This document shows, in pieces, positions 17,720-26,219 of a stretch of 61,618 nt of DNA. A model generated the notes under the pieces. It worked only from the letters and a program-made list of their open reading frames with translations, was not told the origin of the DNA and ran no database searches. Origin of the DNA: a virus. Taxonomy: Duplodnaviria; Caudoviricetes. Location of the stretch: IMG/VR virus record IMGVR_UViG_3300030331_000798, positions 1 to 61,618 of that record, one strand, 5' to 3'. Position numbers and translations under genes: made by a program. Every line of letters begins with the position of its first letter. The first letter of the stretch is position 1.

Positions 17720-17861
17720 GATCGTGTATCCAATCTTGAATGATGTCTATTTGTATAACCGAGTGCATCGTAATAAATTCTCGATGTAACTCAACCTCAC
17801 CCTCGCTCGTGCCTACGTTGTACTTTAGCACTCCCTCGTCGTTAATAATTCTAGCTGTCAT
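17667..17861 (-). CDS. Hypothetical protein
   Basis: 64 aa, coupled array. Confidence 0.55.
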   Translation of the reverse strand: MTARIINDEGVLKYNVGTSEGEVELHREFITMHSVIQIDIIQDWIHDLEELLEEIKEERENADA

Positions 17862-17862
17862 G

Positions 17863-18072
17863 TTACGCTGCCCTCTGGTTAGCTATTTCCTCTGCGATCT
17901 GGCAAAACTTGCATATTGCCTGTGCGTCAGACCAGTGTATAACGCGCTGGAAGTTATCCGCGCAGTATTCGATGCAGGCCATCGCCGCATCGTCAATATC
18001 TCTGGTCAAGAGATAGTGGTGTGCGGTCGCTAGAACTAACTCTTCTAGCTGAGTCGGTAGTAAATTTTTCAT
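17863..18072 (-). CDS. Hypothetical protein
   Basis: 69 aa, ATGA overlap. Confidence 0.55.
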   Translation of the reverse strand: MKNLLPTQLEELVLATAHHYLLTRDIDDAAMACIEYCADNFQRVIHWSDAQAICKFCQIAEEIANQRAA

Positions 18073-18338
18073 GCTTTTCGTTCCTCATTCCATAGTTTCG
18101 TTGCTTTCGGAAAGTAAGCATCCTTTAGCTTTTGGATTGCTGCTTTGCGAATGTTTTTGGAAAGCTGGCATTCTTCATGCTCCCACCTCCCTTCTTCAAG
18201 CTCATCTTCGATGTAAACCGAGTCGCTCATCAATTTGCAAATTTCCCATGCCGTGAGTTCGACCGTGTAGATCTCCTCACCTTCGTTGTCTGTTATTCGG
18301 CTCATTATATTTCTCCCCATCCCGCAGATCGTAGCCAT
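18069..18338 (-). CDS. Hypothetical protein (start probably MSRIT)
   Basis: Coupled array. Confidence 0.5.
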   Translation of the reverse strand: MATICGMGRNIMSRITDNEGEEIYTVELTAWEICKLMSDSVYIEDELEEGRWEHEECQLSKNIRKAAIQKLKDAYFPKATKLWNEERKA

Positions 18339-18499
18339 GCATTATCTGCTTCGGCTAACGACTCGCGGTGCTCTCGTTGCGACTCGCATTTCTCGCACAG
18401 GATCATCTGGCCGTATACTCCGGTCGATCCACAACGGTACTCAACGATCTTGTAGTCCCAGCCTTTCGGTACTGAGACTTCTATTCTGTTATCGCACAT
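18305..18499 (-). CDS. Small Cys-containing hypothetical protein
   Basis: 64 aa with AAAGGAG RBS; C...C...CxxC. Confidence 0.6.
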   Translation of the reverse strand: MCDNRIEVSVPKGWDYKIVEYRCGSTGVYGQMILCEKCESQREHRESLAEADNAWLRSAGWGEI

Positions 18500-18503
18500 A
18501 CAA

Positions 18504-18561
18504 TTCTCCTTTCTATTGATTAAGTGTTTCTTAAAGCGGCCTCGTAAGGCCGCTCGGAGAA
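18504..18561 (-). promoter_or_regulatory. Leader hairpin element, copy 2
   Basis: Same layout as 17142-17198, with a compensatory base-pair change in the stem. Confidence 0.6.
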
Positions 18562-18565
18562 CTAC

Positions 18566-18961
18566 TCAGATAATCTTTGTTAAATATGGGTGACAATGGC
18601 TGTCGTAAACTAATCCTACCATTCGAGTACTGCGTGTAACAGGATCGCTCCATGATAGAATAATCCACTCTCCAGGGTCTGTGTCGTCTGTCTCAAGCCA
18701 CTCTGTAACGGTGATCGTTTCGGTAGGCTTTTTCCACAAAACCTCACCTTTGCTTTCGAACCCCACTCCGTAGTGGTCTATGTAGTAGCCGTCTACTCTC
18801 TCGTCAAGATCCAGTAGCTCTGTGGACATGTCGTCAAATCCAGAACCTTGTTCGGGTAATACGTCGGCTTTACTCAACACGTCAACCAACTCCCTACTGA
18901 ACTCGGAAGTTCTACAAGGTCTTTCGGAAAACATTCCAATAGTTATATCTTTTAGATCCAT
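18566..18961 (-). CDS. Acidic hypothetical protein
   Basis: 131 aa; AAAGGAG RBS. Confidence 0.65.
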   Translation of the reverse strand: MDLKDITIGMFSERPCRTSEFSRELVDVLSKADVLPEQGSGFDDMSTELLDLDERVDGYYIDHYGVGFESKGEVLWKKPTETITVTEWLETDDTDPGEWIILSWSDPVTRSTRMVGLVYDSHCHPYLTKII

Positions 18962-18964
18962 TCT

Positions 18965-19055
18965 TTCTCCTTTCTATCGGTCGTTACAAAATCCCGCGCG
19001 TACGCGGGGCTACCCCTATTTTAACGCGGCGATTACCGCGAAAAAAGTACCAGTT
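18965..19055 (-). promoter_or_regulatory. Putative early promoter plus leader hairpin
   Basis: AACTGGTACTTTTTT...TAAAAT-AGGGGTAGCCCCGC; related elements at 21301-21385 and 25770-25836. Confidence 0.55.
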
Positions 19056-19257
19056 ATAACGAATTACCGTTCTCTTCTTTCGGTCTGAAAACCACAACAA
19101 ATATCCCGTTCAACTCCTGAATCACTTCAGGAGTGTGAGTCGGGCATTGTTCTAACCAAGCCTTCAGCTCTGCGTTAGTAAGATCCAAATCTTGCCTCCA
19201 GTTCTCTAACCAAGTCTCTCGGTAGATAGTCGTGCGGGTTGTCGTACCCCTTATCAA
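19054..19257 (-). CDS. Hypothetical protein
   Basis: 67 aa ORF in the array; overlaps the upstream gene. Confidence 0.4.
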   Translation of the reverse strand: MIRGTTTRTTIYRETWLENWRQDLDLTNAELKAWLEQCPTHTPEVIQELNGIFVVVFRPKEENGNSL

Positions 19258-19477
19258 CCTCTTTAGTGTAGATCGACTCGTCTTTTAGTTTGATGTCGAA
19301 GATCATATAATTATGGATTCCCCAGTAATCACGTTCGACTCCGTATCCGAGGCTCTCGATAAAGTCGGCTACGATATCGGTTCCGTTCCAACCGTCACCG
19401 TCCCCGAATCCAAACTTATCGAACGCCTCCTCCCATTCCCACTCGATTATTTCTTCAGGCATTGATCGACCTCCCAA
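19175..19477 (-). CDS. Acidic hypothetical protein
   Basis: GGAGG RBS before MPEEII. Confidence 0.6.
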   Translation of the reverse strand: MGGRSMPEEIIEWEWEEAFDKFGFGDGDGWNGTDIVADFIESLGYGVERDYWGIHNYMIFDIKLKDESIYTKEVDKGYDNPHDYLPRDLVRELEARFGSY

Positions 19478-19646
19478 GTCTAGCGGGTATCACAACCGAG
19501 TAATTGCAGCTCGTACAGCATCGTCCCTCGACCACTGGCATAGCGTTGTGGCCTTCAGTCCAAAACACCACTCCCTCGGGCGTCTTCTGTACGTCGATCG
19601 GGTCTTTACAAATCGCACACATTTTCATCACATCAACTCGTTTCAT
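19455..19646 (-). CDS. Small zinc-binding protein
   Basis: CAIC...GHNAMPV...CCTSC. Confidence 0.65.
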   Translation of the reverse strand: MKRVDVMKMCAICKDPIDVQKTPEGVVFWTEGHNAMPVVEGRCCTSCNYSVVIPARLGRSINA

Positions 19647-19661
19647 CAGTTTATCTCCTTG

Positions 19662-20201
19662 TTAATCTAATATTGCTTCTAAGTCGCAAATCCCTGCGTG
19701 AACTGTTAGGTAATTCAAACCTAAACGGTGAGACAGAAAATCTAAGCCGTGACCAATACCCTCCCAATCTTCAAACTCGGTCGAGTGAACAAATCCAGAA
19801 TTACTTAAATAATATTCATGGTCTAGTGGCACATATATTGTTTTCTTCGCAGTTTTTCTCCACTTTTCATGATACTCAAGGTCTTCACCCCTTATGACAT
19901 CAACTACTTCTGGACTTAGTCTTTCACGGTGTTCAGGGGATATTTCTAATACTAAACTCGCACCAGTCTCTTCACCCCATCCGGCAAGAACTGCAGGTAA
20001 ATCACCGTCGAAATGTTCAGGAAGGCATTTAGTAACACTTTTTTGAAACTCTATTACACCTCCTTCGGCGAACAAATCTTCAGGATCTAGGTTAAAGTAT
20101 TGAAGGCGGTAAAATTCATTGTGGTGTTCCTCTATCGCTTGCACTACTGGCTGTACATACCAGACGTATTTTTGTAAATTATTCATTGTTAAATTCTCCA
20201 A
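19662..20201 (-). CDS. Hypothetical protein
   Basis: 179 aa acidic ORF. Confidence 0.65.
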   Translation of the reverse strand: MENLTMNNLQKYVWYVQPVVQAIEEHHNEFYRLQYFNLDPEDLFAEGGVIEFQKSVTKCLPEHFDGDLPAVLAGWGEETGASLVLEISPEHRERLSPEVVDVIRGEDLEYHEKWRKTAKKTIYVPLDHEYYLSNSGFVHSTEFEDWEGIGHGLDFLSHRLGLNYLTVHAGICDLEAILD

Positions 20202-20493
20202 AGTCTTTGCGGTCAGTTGTTTCGTAGTAGCCTAAAAGATATTCAGCTTTTTGTTCGTCGCTCATATCTTTCTTGTCGACTCGATCCGACGAGTAGCTGG
20301 CTTTCTTGTAGTAGTGAGGGTCTTTTGGCCGATGGTAATACGCATCGGCCGAACCTCGGTCATACGGTGACCCGTGTCTTTTATCCACTCTACACCTACT
20401 GCTGTTGGTTAGAGTGTAGAGCCTCACGTCGAACCCACTCAGGGTGTAGCTCGTCGTCGTACTCTTCGACGTAGTGGAACGGCTGTCCACCAC
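20179..20493 (-). CDS. Hypothetical protein (true start probably near VDKRHG)
   Basis: HGSPYDRGSADAYY...EYLLGY core. Confidence 0.55.
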   Translation of the reverse strand: MVDSRSTTSKSTTTSYTLSGFDVRLYTLTNSSRCRVDKRHGSPYDRGSADAYYHRPKDPHYYKKASYSSDRVDKKDMSDEQKAEYLLGYYETTDRKDFGEFNNE

Positions 20494-20617
20494 CGTGGCT
20501 AATTACTGGTAGAAGCTGTAATGCATCCTCTACCAGAGTAATTGCTTTTTCGACGTTGTAGTCGCCATTGACTTCTACGTTGTCTATTACAATTCGTAAC
20601 GCTTCTTTTATATCCAT
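20396..20617 (-). CDS. Hypothetical protein
   Basis: 73 aa; AGGAGG RBS. Confidence 0.6.
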   Translation of the reverse strand: MDIKEALRIVIDNVEVNGDYNVEKAITLVEDALQLLPVISHGGGQPFHYVEEYDDELHPEWVRREALHSNQQQ

Positions 20618-20627
20618 CGTAACCTCC

Positions 20628-21050
20628 TTATTGGTTTTTCTTTCTGACGTCGCCGCCAGGGCTAGTTTTCAAACGCTCGCGTCCTTCGTCTGATATGTTC
20701 AGCGAACCGTATGTATCGGTATCTGCGTGACATAGTAGACAAAGTGGCTCGAGATTTTTTAATTCGTTATTGGTATTGTCACCATCTTTGTGATGTACTT
20801 CTAAGTGGTGGGCTTTATAATCCCAGCCGCATGCAGAGCATTTCAGGCCGTGTATTCGTAACACTAATGGCCGCAGACCTCGCGATCTGTATTTAGTGTC
20901 TTTCTTAGTTCGTTTTTTCACCGTGTGTTCGCCGGTGCACTGTCTTGAACAAAAGATTCCTCTCTTTTGTGAGTATCGGTATTGGAACGTAGTGCCGCAG
21001 TTCTTGCAGTCTGACGTTCCCCAGTACTCTGGATTTTTCGCTGTTTGCAT
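20628..21050 (-). CDS. HNH endonuclease with N-terminal zinc finger
   Basis: CKNC...CSRQC, then CSAC...LEVHHKDGDNTNNELKNLEPLCLLCH. Confidence 0.85.
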   Translation of the reverse strand: MQTAKNPEYWGTSDCKNCGTTFQYRYSQKRGIFCSRQCTGEHTVKKRTKKDTKYRSRGLRPLVLRIHGLKCSACGWDYKAHHLEVHHKDGDNTNNELKNLEPLCLLCHADTDTYGSLNISDEGRERLKTSPGGDVRKKNQ

Positions 21051-21051
21051 A

Positions 21052-21297
21052 TTATTTTCCTATGTGTTTAATATCTGACTCGGGAATAACTTGGTAAGCA
21101 CCTTTGTTATACGCGGGTGCTACGGTAACTCCTGGAATCTTCTTGGCTGTACGTTTTTGCGTACAATCGACAGTCGGCACACGAGATGGATACTCGGGCC
21201 GGATCGTATGTGGTAACGGCTCGGGCCGTCTAAGAGGCCGGTCAGGTACAGGTCTAGCAACCTTACGGGTGCTATGCATCTTGTAGCGTCTTGGCAT
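21052..21297 (-). CDS. Hypothetical protein
   Basis: 81 aa; APAYNKGAYQVI motif; AAAGGAG RBS. Confidence 0.7.
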   Translation of the reverse strand: MPRRYKMHSTRKVARPVPDRPLRRPEPLPHTIRPEYPSRVPTVDCTQKRTAKKIPGVTVAPAYNKGAYQVIPESDIKHIGK

Positions 21298-21300
21298 ATC

Positions 21301-21385
21301 TTTCTCCTTTCTAATCGGTCTAATCGCTCCCGCAAGTAGCGGGGCTACCCCTATTATAACCCCGCGATTAAAGGGATAAAACTAC
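21301..21385 (-). promoter_or_regulatory. Putative early promoter plus leader hairpin
   Basis: TATAAT-AGGGGTAGCCCCGC then a hairpin and AGAAAGGAG; homologous to 18965-19055. Confidence 0.6.
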
Positions 21386-21400
21386 GAATTAAAACGAACT

Positions 21401-21517
21401 TTAAGGAGCGGGGCACTTTCGGCAGATTCGCAGATAAACTGGCCACTCTCCCTCCTTCTCGGTTGTGTGAAACCTCCGCATCTCAGTCCACTCCTTGCAA
21501 ACAATGCATTTTCTCAT
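21401..21517 (-). CDS. 38-aa zinc-ribbon microprotein (not in ORF track)
   Basis: MRKCIVCKEW...RICRKCPAP*; GAGG RBS. Confidence 0.55.
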   Translation of the reverse strand: MRKCIVCKEWTEMRRFHTTEKEGEWPVYLRICRKCPAP

Positions 21518-21521
21518 TACC

Positions 21522-21653
21522 TCAACTGTCTGTGAAGAAGTCATCCGGTCTGTATCTTTTATCGCAATCAGGACAGTAGAGCATCTCCTGCGTGCATGTT
21601 TCTTGATAGATTAGTTCAGTGTCGCAGTCTGCGCATTGCTCAGTGTTTTCCAT
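21522..21653 (-). CDS. 43-aa zinc-ribbon microprotein (not in ORF track)
   Basis: MENTEQCADCDTELI...LYCPDCDKRY...; GAGGA RBS. Confidence 0.6.
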   Translation of the reverse strand: MENTEQCADCDTELIYQETCTQEMLYCPDCDKRYRPDDFFTDS

Positions 21654-21825
21654 TTTCTTCCTCTTGTTTCTCTATCCAGTTCTCAACTAACTTGCATCCG
21701 TCTAGCCAGTGTCTGGTCATAAACACCTCTTTCGCTTTCTGGCTTTCCGGTGTGAAGATCTTTATCGTCCATAAACCGTTCCGTCTGATCGCTAAAACAT
21801 CTACAGCTTGTTCTTCGTCGAGCAT
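21640..21825 (-). CDS. Hypothetical protein
   Basis: 61 aa; GAGGAG RBS. Confidence 0.55.
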   Translation of the reverse strand: MLDEEQAVDVLAIRRNGLWTIKIFTPESQKAKEVFMTRHWLDGCKLVENWIEKQEEENGKH

Positions 21826-21826
21826 C

Positions 21827-22138
21827 TCACTTCTCCTCTGGCTTGTGGTAGAATCTGCCGTAGCCTACGCTTTCCACATCCGTCTGTAAAAACTGTGCTA
21901 TCTTGTTGATAGCCGACTCGAGCTCATCCTCGTTTCCCGTTTCGTTGAGGTGCGTCCAGAGTTCATTCAACCCCTCGACCGCTGTATCGCGTCTAGGTGA
22001 TTGAAGATCCCAGATGTTAAGCGTTATCATCAGATTGCCTGTGACATTGTCCCGTAGTACATCGTAGCTCCACGCGTCGTCTTGCTCTCTTCGTAGAAAG
22101 TCATCGAGTCGAGCCATAAAATCGCCTGCTGTATTCAT
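21827..22138 (-). CDS. Hypothetical protein
   Basis: 103 aa. Confidence 0.6.
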   Translation of the reverse strand: MNTAGDFMARLDDFLRREQDDAWSYDVLRDNVTGNLMITLNIWDLQSPRRDTAVEGLNELWTHLNETGNEDELESAINKIAQFLQTDVESVGYGRFYHKPEEK

Positions 22139-22140
22139 AA

Positions 22141-22323
22141 TTAATCCTTTGGTGTTAAAATCAATCGTTCTTTGTCGAATCCTGGTCGTCTGCTAGACAA
22201 CCCGAACAGTTTTTTCTTTTCACTCAGCGGTCTTTCTGCGCTGACTCCCGCAGGAACCTGTTCGATAGAGCCTCCTTTCTTGAGGAACTCCTCGATCTGT
22301 TTGTCTAAATCTTTACTATCCAT
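22141..22323 (-). CDS. Small protein with SutA-like IEEFLKKGGSIEQV motif (start revised to MDSKD)
   Basis: The motif resembles the RNAP-binding SutA-like motif, recalled from memory; GAGGG RBS. Confidence 0.5.
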   Translation of the reverse strand: MDSKDLDKQIEEFLKKGGSIEQVPAGVSAERPLSEKKKLFGLSSRRPGFDKERLILTPKD

Positions 22324-22549
22324 ATTTCCCTCTCTAGTTGTTAAAGGTGTAGTAGTCGGAGCGATTGTCGTCAAATTCAAGAGTGGATAACAAATGAGAA
22401 AACCACTCCCCGATGCAAACGAGCTTCATCGCTCCTTTTTTATCCCGACCAACATACTTCGATGGTAGGGTGGTTGAACGGCTGTGTTAGGCCGCAGGAA
22501 TCCCTCACCGACGCTACTACCCGCCGGATCATATGACGCATCGGACACT

Positions 22550-22915
22550 TTATATATCCTTATTATCTCTTACCAATCTCCTGTGTAGATGCGGTGGTAT
22601 TTCTGGTAACTTTTTCGATAACACCATGTACCATCCACAGGTGTCACAGTGTATCGCATTATATTTCGACTCGTCTGGTTTATCGAAACTAAACCACTCC
22701 GCACAGTGAAGGCATACTGTTGCATCGCCTTCCATTAATTCGTAGAGTATGTCTAGCTCGTCACTTTCCTCGTCGTAAAAATCATTAAAGACACTGTTCA
22801 AAAACTCTTCGTCCGAATCGTAAGAGTATCTGATTTGAGTGTCGTATCGTCGCACTTTACCGTTGTACCGAACAACGGTGTCGAGCGTTCCATCGTCAAC
22901 TATTTCTGCTTTCAT
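22550..22915 (-). CDS. Hypothetical protein with zinc ribbon
   Basis: CLHC...CDTC; AAAGGAG RBS. Confidence 0.6.
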   Translation of the reverse strand: MKAEIVDDGTLDTVVRYNGKVRRYDTQIRYSYDSDEEFLNSVFNDFYDEESDELDILYELMEGDATVCLHCAEWFSFDKPDESKYNAIHCDTCGWYMVLSKKLPEIPPHLHRRLVRDNKDI

Positions 22916-23090
22916 GCAGACTCCTTTCTTCTTTCTAAATTGATTCGCTTCAGATAAAACTAATAATTCTTCACTATAATCTGTTTTGTATTCTCCCAGA
23001 ATCTCTTCATTCTAGGGTCTTTTGCTCGTTCTTGAGCTTCGCTAACTGCTTGAATCCATTGGGCTTTTTGCGTCCCGATATAAATTACGC

Positions 23091-23396
23091 TCATTGAATT
23101 CTCCATGCGCCTATATACATCTGACCATTATCTTGATCTTTTCTTAGCCGAGTGGCTATTTTTATGTGGCTGACGTCTTCTTTACTGTCGCGCTTGTGGT
23201 GTACCAAACATCGGATAATTTTTACCCTCATTTTTTCCGCAACCTTACTGCTGGTATACGGTCCCAATTCAAACGAGTCACCAACCTCTAACCGTTCGAC
23301 AGCGACTCGTAATTTAGACTTTTTGCGTCCTGCATGAACCGTTCCTGTTGCACGTGAGTCTGGAAGCGGCACATTCTTTCTAATTTCTATATCCAT
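23091..23396 (-). CDS. Small basic protein, paralogue of 24126-24428
   Basis: IEIRKNVPLP...LEVGDSF...IGAWR. Confidence 0.65.
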   Translation of the reverse strand: MDIEIRKNVPLPDSRATGTVHAGRKKSKLRVAVERLEVGDSFELGPYTSSKVAEKMRVKIIRCLVHHKRDSKEDVSHIKIATRLRKDQDNGQMYIGAWRIQ

Positions 23397-23449
23397 GTTT
23401 TCCCTCTACAAGTGGTCTAGGGGCTTTCGCCCCCTTTCCACGTGTTTTG

Positions 23450-23839
23450 TTACCCAATCCGCTTAATGAAACCTTCTTCGATCCAACGCTGCTTGTAACA
23501 AGCAATAATGCGTTTTTTCTGGTTCTCAGGTTTCTTAGTGTTAGGCATTGACAAAATATTTTCGTCAACACATAAGTCTAAGCAGGATTGCAACGTAAAG
23601 TCCTTGGAGTTAAACTCTTTAGACTCTATATCCCCCGACATACCGTGTATCACCGCAACGAATTGTGGTGCCTTGGTTTTCGCGTCAGCCGCTAACTTAC
23701 CAGTGTAAGCGAAACGCTGTAGTGCCCGACCAGTCTTTGAGACTGTAGGGGCAGGTATGCCATTCTTATTTGCGACAGGTTTAGCTGGCGCGGTTTTTGC
23801 CTTCGTTGCCGAGGACTTTTTTGCAGTTGATGCTGCCAT
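23450..23839 (-). CDS. Putative DNA-binding protein with Ala/Lys-rich N-terminus
   Basis: MAASTAKKSSATKAKTAPAKP; GGAG RBS; promoter-like element upstream. Confidence 0.6.
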   Translation of the reverse strand: MAASTAKKSSATKAKTAPAKPVANKNGIPAPTVSKTGRALQRFAYTGKLAADAKTKAPQFVAVIHGMSGDIESKEFNSKDFTLQSCLDLCVDENILSMPNTKKPENQKKRIIACYKQRWIEEGFIKRIG

Positions 23840-23928
23840 GGTATTTCTCCATTCTACTTTCTATTTAAAGCTGCTATAAATAACAGCCGGTCTTTTACCT
23901 TACTAGTCCTGTACTAAAAAGTAAAGGA

Positions 23929-24141
23929 CTACTTTTTGAGGTCTGGGTCTTGGTTGACATATGCACCCGTTGGCCCAAAATCCTCATCTGGGTAAAGCAT
24001 TACGTTGAGTTCGTCTAACGCTTCTGCTAAAAGCGAAACATCAGTTCTGAGAGTGTCCATCAACACATTGACGTCGTCTAACATCTTCGTGACATTTTCA
24101 ATAGCTTCCTCAACTTCCTTATCCATTACGCCTTTCTCCAT
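23929..24141 (-). CDS. Small coiled-coil protein
   Basis: 70 aa with heptad pattern. Confidence 0.55.
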   Translation of the reverse strand: MEKGVMDKEVEEAIENVTKMLDDVNVLMDTLRTDVSLLAEALDELNVMLYPDEDFGPTGAYVNQDPDLKK

Positions 24142-24428
24142 ACTCGAACACCGCTGCGTTCTTTTTTGGTTTTAGGGTCTGGCTCTACAACCATGCGAGA
24201 AACAAATTGCCATTCAGGATCTTGTTTCTTGCTGTGAGTACGCCAAGACTGGTCTAATCGGTTTTTTAACCGTTTAGGCAAATCGTCGTTGTCATCTGGG
24301 ACAAAAAACAAAGAGTCTCCTACTTTGAATATTGGCCAAGGATATCGACTTCCTCGGTTTCCTCGCACATCTGTTGGTATCGGGATATCAGAGTCTAACT
24401 CGACACCTTCCCATTCGTTATCCATCAT
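24126..24428 (-). CDS. Small protein, paralogue of 23091-23396
   Basis: VELDSDIPIP...YPW...FKVGDSL...GVRVWR. Confidence 0.65.
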   Translation of the reverse strand: MMDNEWEGVELDSDIPIPTDVRGNRGSRYPWPIFKVGDSLFFVPDDNDDLPKRLKNRLDQSWRTHSKKQDPEWQFVSRMVVEPDPKTKKERSGVRVWRKA

Positions 24429-24699
24429 ATTGTTCCCCTTGTGGTACTGGTATCATGCGCTCCCGTATAGGAGACGCCCATTCGTCTAGTAAGTCGTCGT
24501 GTACTGCAAACTCGTCGGATAAACCGCAATTTTGGTCGTACATCCTAAGCGGAATAACCTCTGCTAGTTCCTCAGCAATCTCACGCATGGCGGGGGCTGT
24601 ACCCCCGTCCTTGCGTAAGAAGTTCGCAACCGCCCAGACTCTACTAATCAGTTCTTGGTCTAGCACAACATGGTTGTGAAGTTTTACTACACTTCCCAT
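24418..24699 (-). CDS. Hypothetical protein (start revised to MGSVV)
   Basis: Starts immediately after the stop of the DUF932-like gene. Confidence 0.55.
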   Translation of the reverse strand: MGSVVKLHNHVVLDQELISRVWAVANFLRKDGGTAPAMREIAEELAEVIPLRMYDQNCGLSDEFAVHDDLLDEWASPIRERMIPVPQGEQYDG

Positions 24700-24700
24700 A

Positions 24701-25726
24701 TTACGCCGCCTTCGCGTAGTCGACCGCAAGCTCAAGAGCTTGTGTCTTACGCTTCGAGCTGTCACCGAACAAAGCGTTGTACACTCTATTTTCGCCAGTA
24801 CGCATGTGGTCTTCGACGTAGGTCACAGCGTTTACTGCTCCCCACCAAGTACCCTTTGCAGAGTTTAGGTCGGCTCCTGGAGATTGTTCCAAGGCGTCTA
24901 CAACCAAGTTCGAAAACTTGCTAAACTCGTCTCGTAAAGGCGTAAGCTCACCAACTTTCTTGCCGTCTGCCTTGAGGCGTCGGCTTTCTTCGTACTCTTC
25001 GTACACAGTAGGTTGGTAAATACGAGCAATGTACTCTAGCACGTTAGAGTGCTGTGCTTTCTTCTTAGCTAAGAACTCAGCGGTTTGTTGGAATTCAGCT
25101 GTTGTCTCTTTCATAAGGCCAACTGCTATAGCTGCTTCCTTAGCCATGTCGTCGTTAAAGTCATGTATGTGACTCATACGAAACTCGCCTTTCGCTTCCT
25201 TACCGAGTGCGAACTGCAACGTGTTGTTACACACAACTCGTATCTCAGTGTCACGAACTAGTAACTTATGTCCTGGTTCGTGGGGCTGTCGAAACAACAA
25301 GTAATCGTTTATTTCGTCGCCTCCTGGAAGTTCAAAGCCACCGTTCAATTTAGCGAGTGCCCAGATGTCTTTACCGTTGCGTAAGCTACCGGCAGTTTCC
25401 ATCGTGACGTTCGTCTCTTTAGCAAACTTCTGAAAGAAGTCGAAGATACGCTCGTTTTGTACGGGTATATAGTTGTTGCCGCAATGACCGAGGATGGAGT
25501 TGTCGCTATCTCTAACAATAAAGTTACTGCTAGGGGTTTGCATCAACCCTGAATCGTCCCCGTATGTTGGGGTGTCGATTGTGTATCCTGGACGTTTGCT
25601 AACAGACCAATCAAGTCCTGCTGCAACCATCATCTCACGTGGGGTCAGGTTCGGGTCGACTTTTACGCCTTCCCCGTGCCAAGGCACGTCTCCTGTCCAC
25701 GCCATGGTTTCTACTGCTGCTACCAT
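24701..25726 (-). CDS. DUF932 / LGT_TIGR03299-family phage/plasmid protein
   Basis: PWHGEG, AAGLDWSV, YIPVQN, ETAGSL, IRVVCNNT, GTWWGAVNAVTYVEDH. Confidence 0.85.
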   Translation of the reverse strand: MVAAVETMAWTGDVPWHGEGVKVDPNLTPREMMVAAGLDWSVSKRPGYTIDTPTYGDDSGLMQTPSSNFIVRDSDNSILGHCGNNYIPVQNERIFDFFQKFAKETNVTMETAGSLRNGKDIWALAKLNGGFELPGGDEINDYLLFRQPHEPGHKLLVRDTEIRVVCNNTLQFALGKEAKGEFRMSHIHDFNDDMAKEAAIAVGLMKETTAEFQQTAEFLAKKKAQHSNVLEYIARIYQPTVYEEYEESRRLKADGKKVGELTPLRDEFSKFSNLVVDALEQSPGADLNSAKGTWWGAVNAVTYVEDHMRTGENRVYNALFGDSSKRKTQALELAVDYAKAA

Positions 25727-25835
25727 ATTGTGCTCCTATTCTACTTTCTATTCCCTTTCGGGGTCTTTGGTAGGCGGCATGCCGCGCTACCTTTTATAGT
25801 ATAACTTGCCGATTTTTAGGAAAAAAGTACCAGTT

Positions 25836-26219
25836 TTAACGATTTTTAAAGACTTTAAGGAGAAGCCCCCATTCGTACGGAGATTTTAAATGTAGAATTG
25901 GCTCGCTTTTCCATGTCAAAGTCTTTAACTGCGCTAGGTCTATTACCCGAAATAATTTTATTTCTTTCTGTTTTTGAACTAACACGTAGCAAGTCCCTCC
26001 AAATTTAGCTCTGGTCGCCATCCAAGCAATCTGCATGGGGCTCAGAGTCAGCTGGTTTCCTTTGATCGATTTCAATTCGATCCAAAACTCTATTCCTTCG
26101 TAGCAACAGTTCACGTCAGGAACTCCTGAGGCAGTGATTCCTGTCTCAATCCTTTGCAGGTGAAGCTGGTTCTTTAGGTTCGTCTTTAACGAATTCCAGA
26201 GTCGAGCTTCTTTAGGCAT
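25836..26219 (-). CDS. VRR-NUC / Holliday junction resolvase-like PD-(D/E)xK nuclease
   Basis: RIE...GVPD...FWIELK...QIAW. Confidence 0.8.
   Translation of the reverse strand: MPKEARLWNSLKTNLKNQLHLQRIETGITASGVPDVNCCYEGIEFWIELKSIKGNQLTLSPMQIAWMATRAKFGGTCYVLVQKQKEIKLFRVIDLAQLKTLTWKSEPILHLKSPYEWGLLLKVFKNR

Noticed and set aside
17200-22548. tRNA or tmRNA genes in structured spacers
   Set aside because: No cloverleaf with a T-loop and acceptor stem could be built by eye; tRNAscan-SE or ARAGORN would be decisive.
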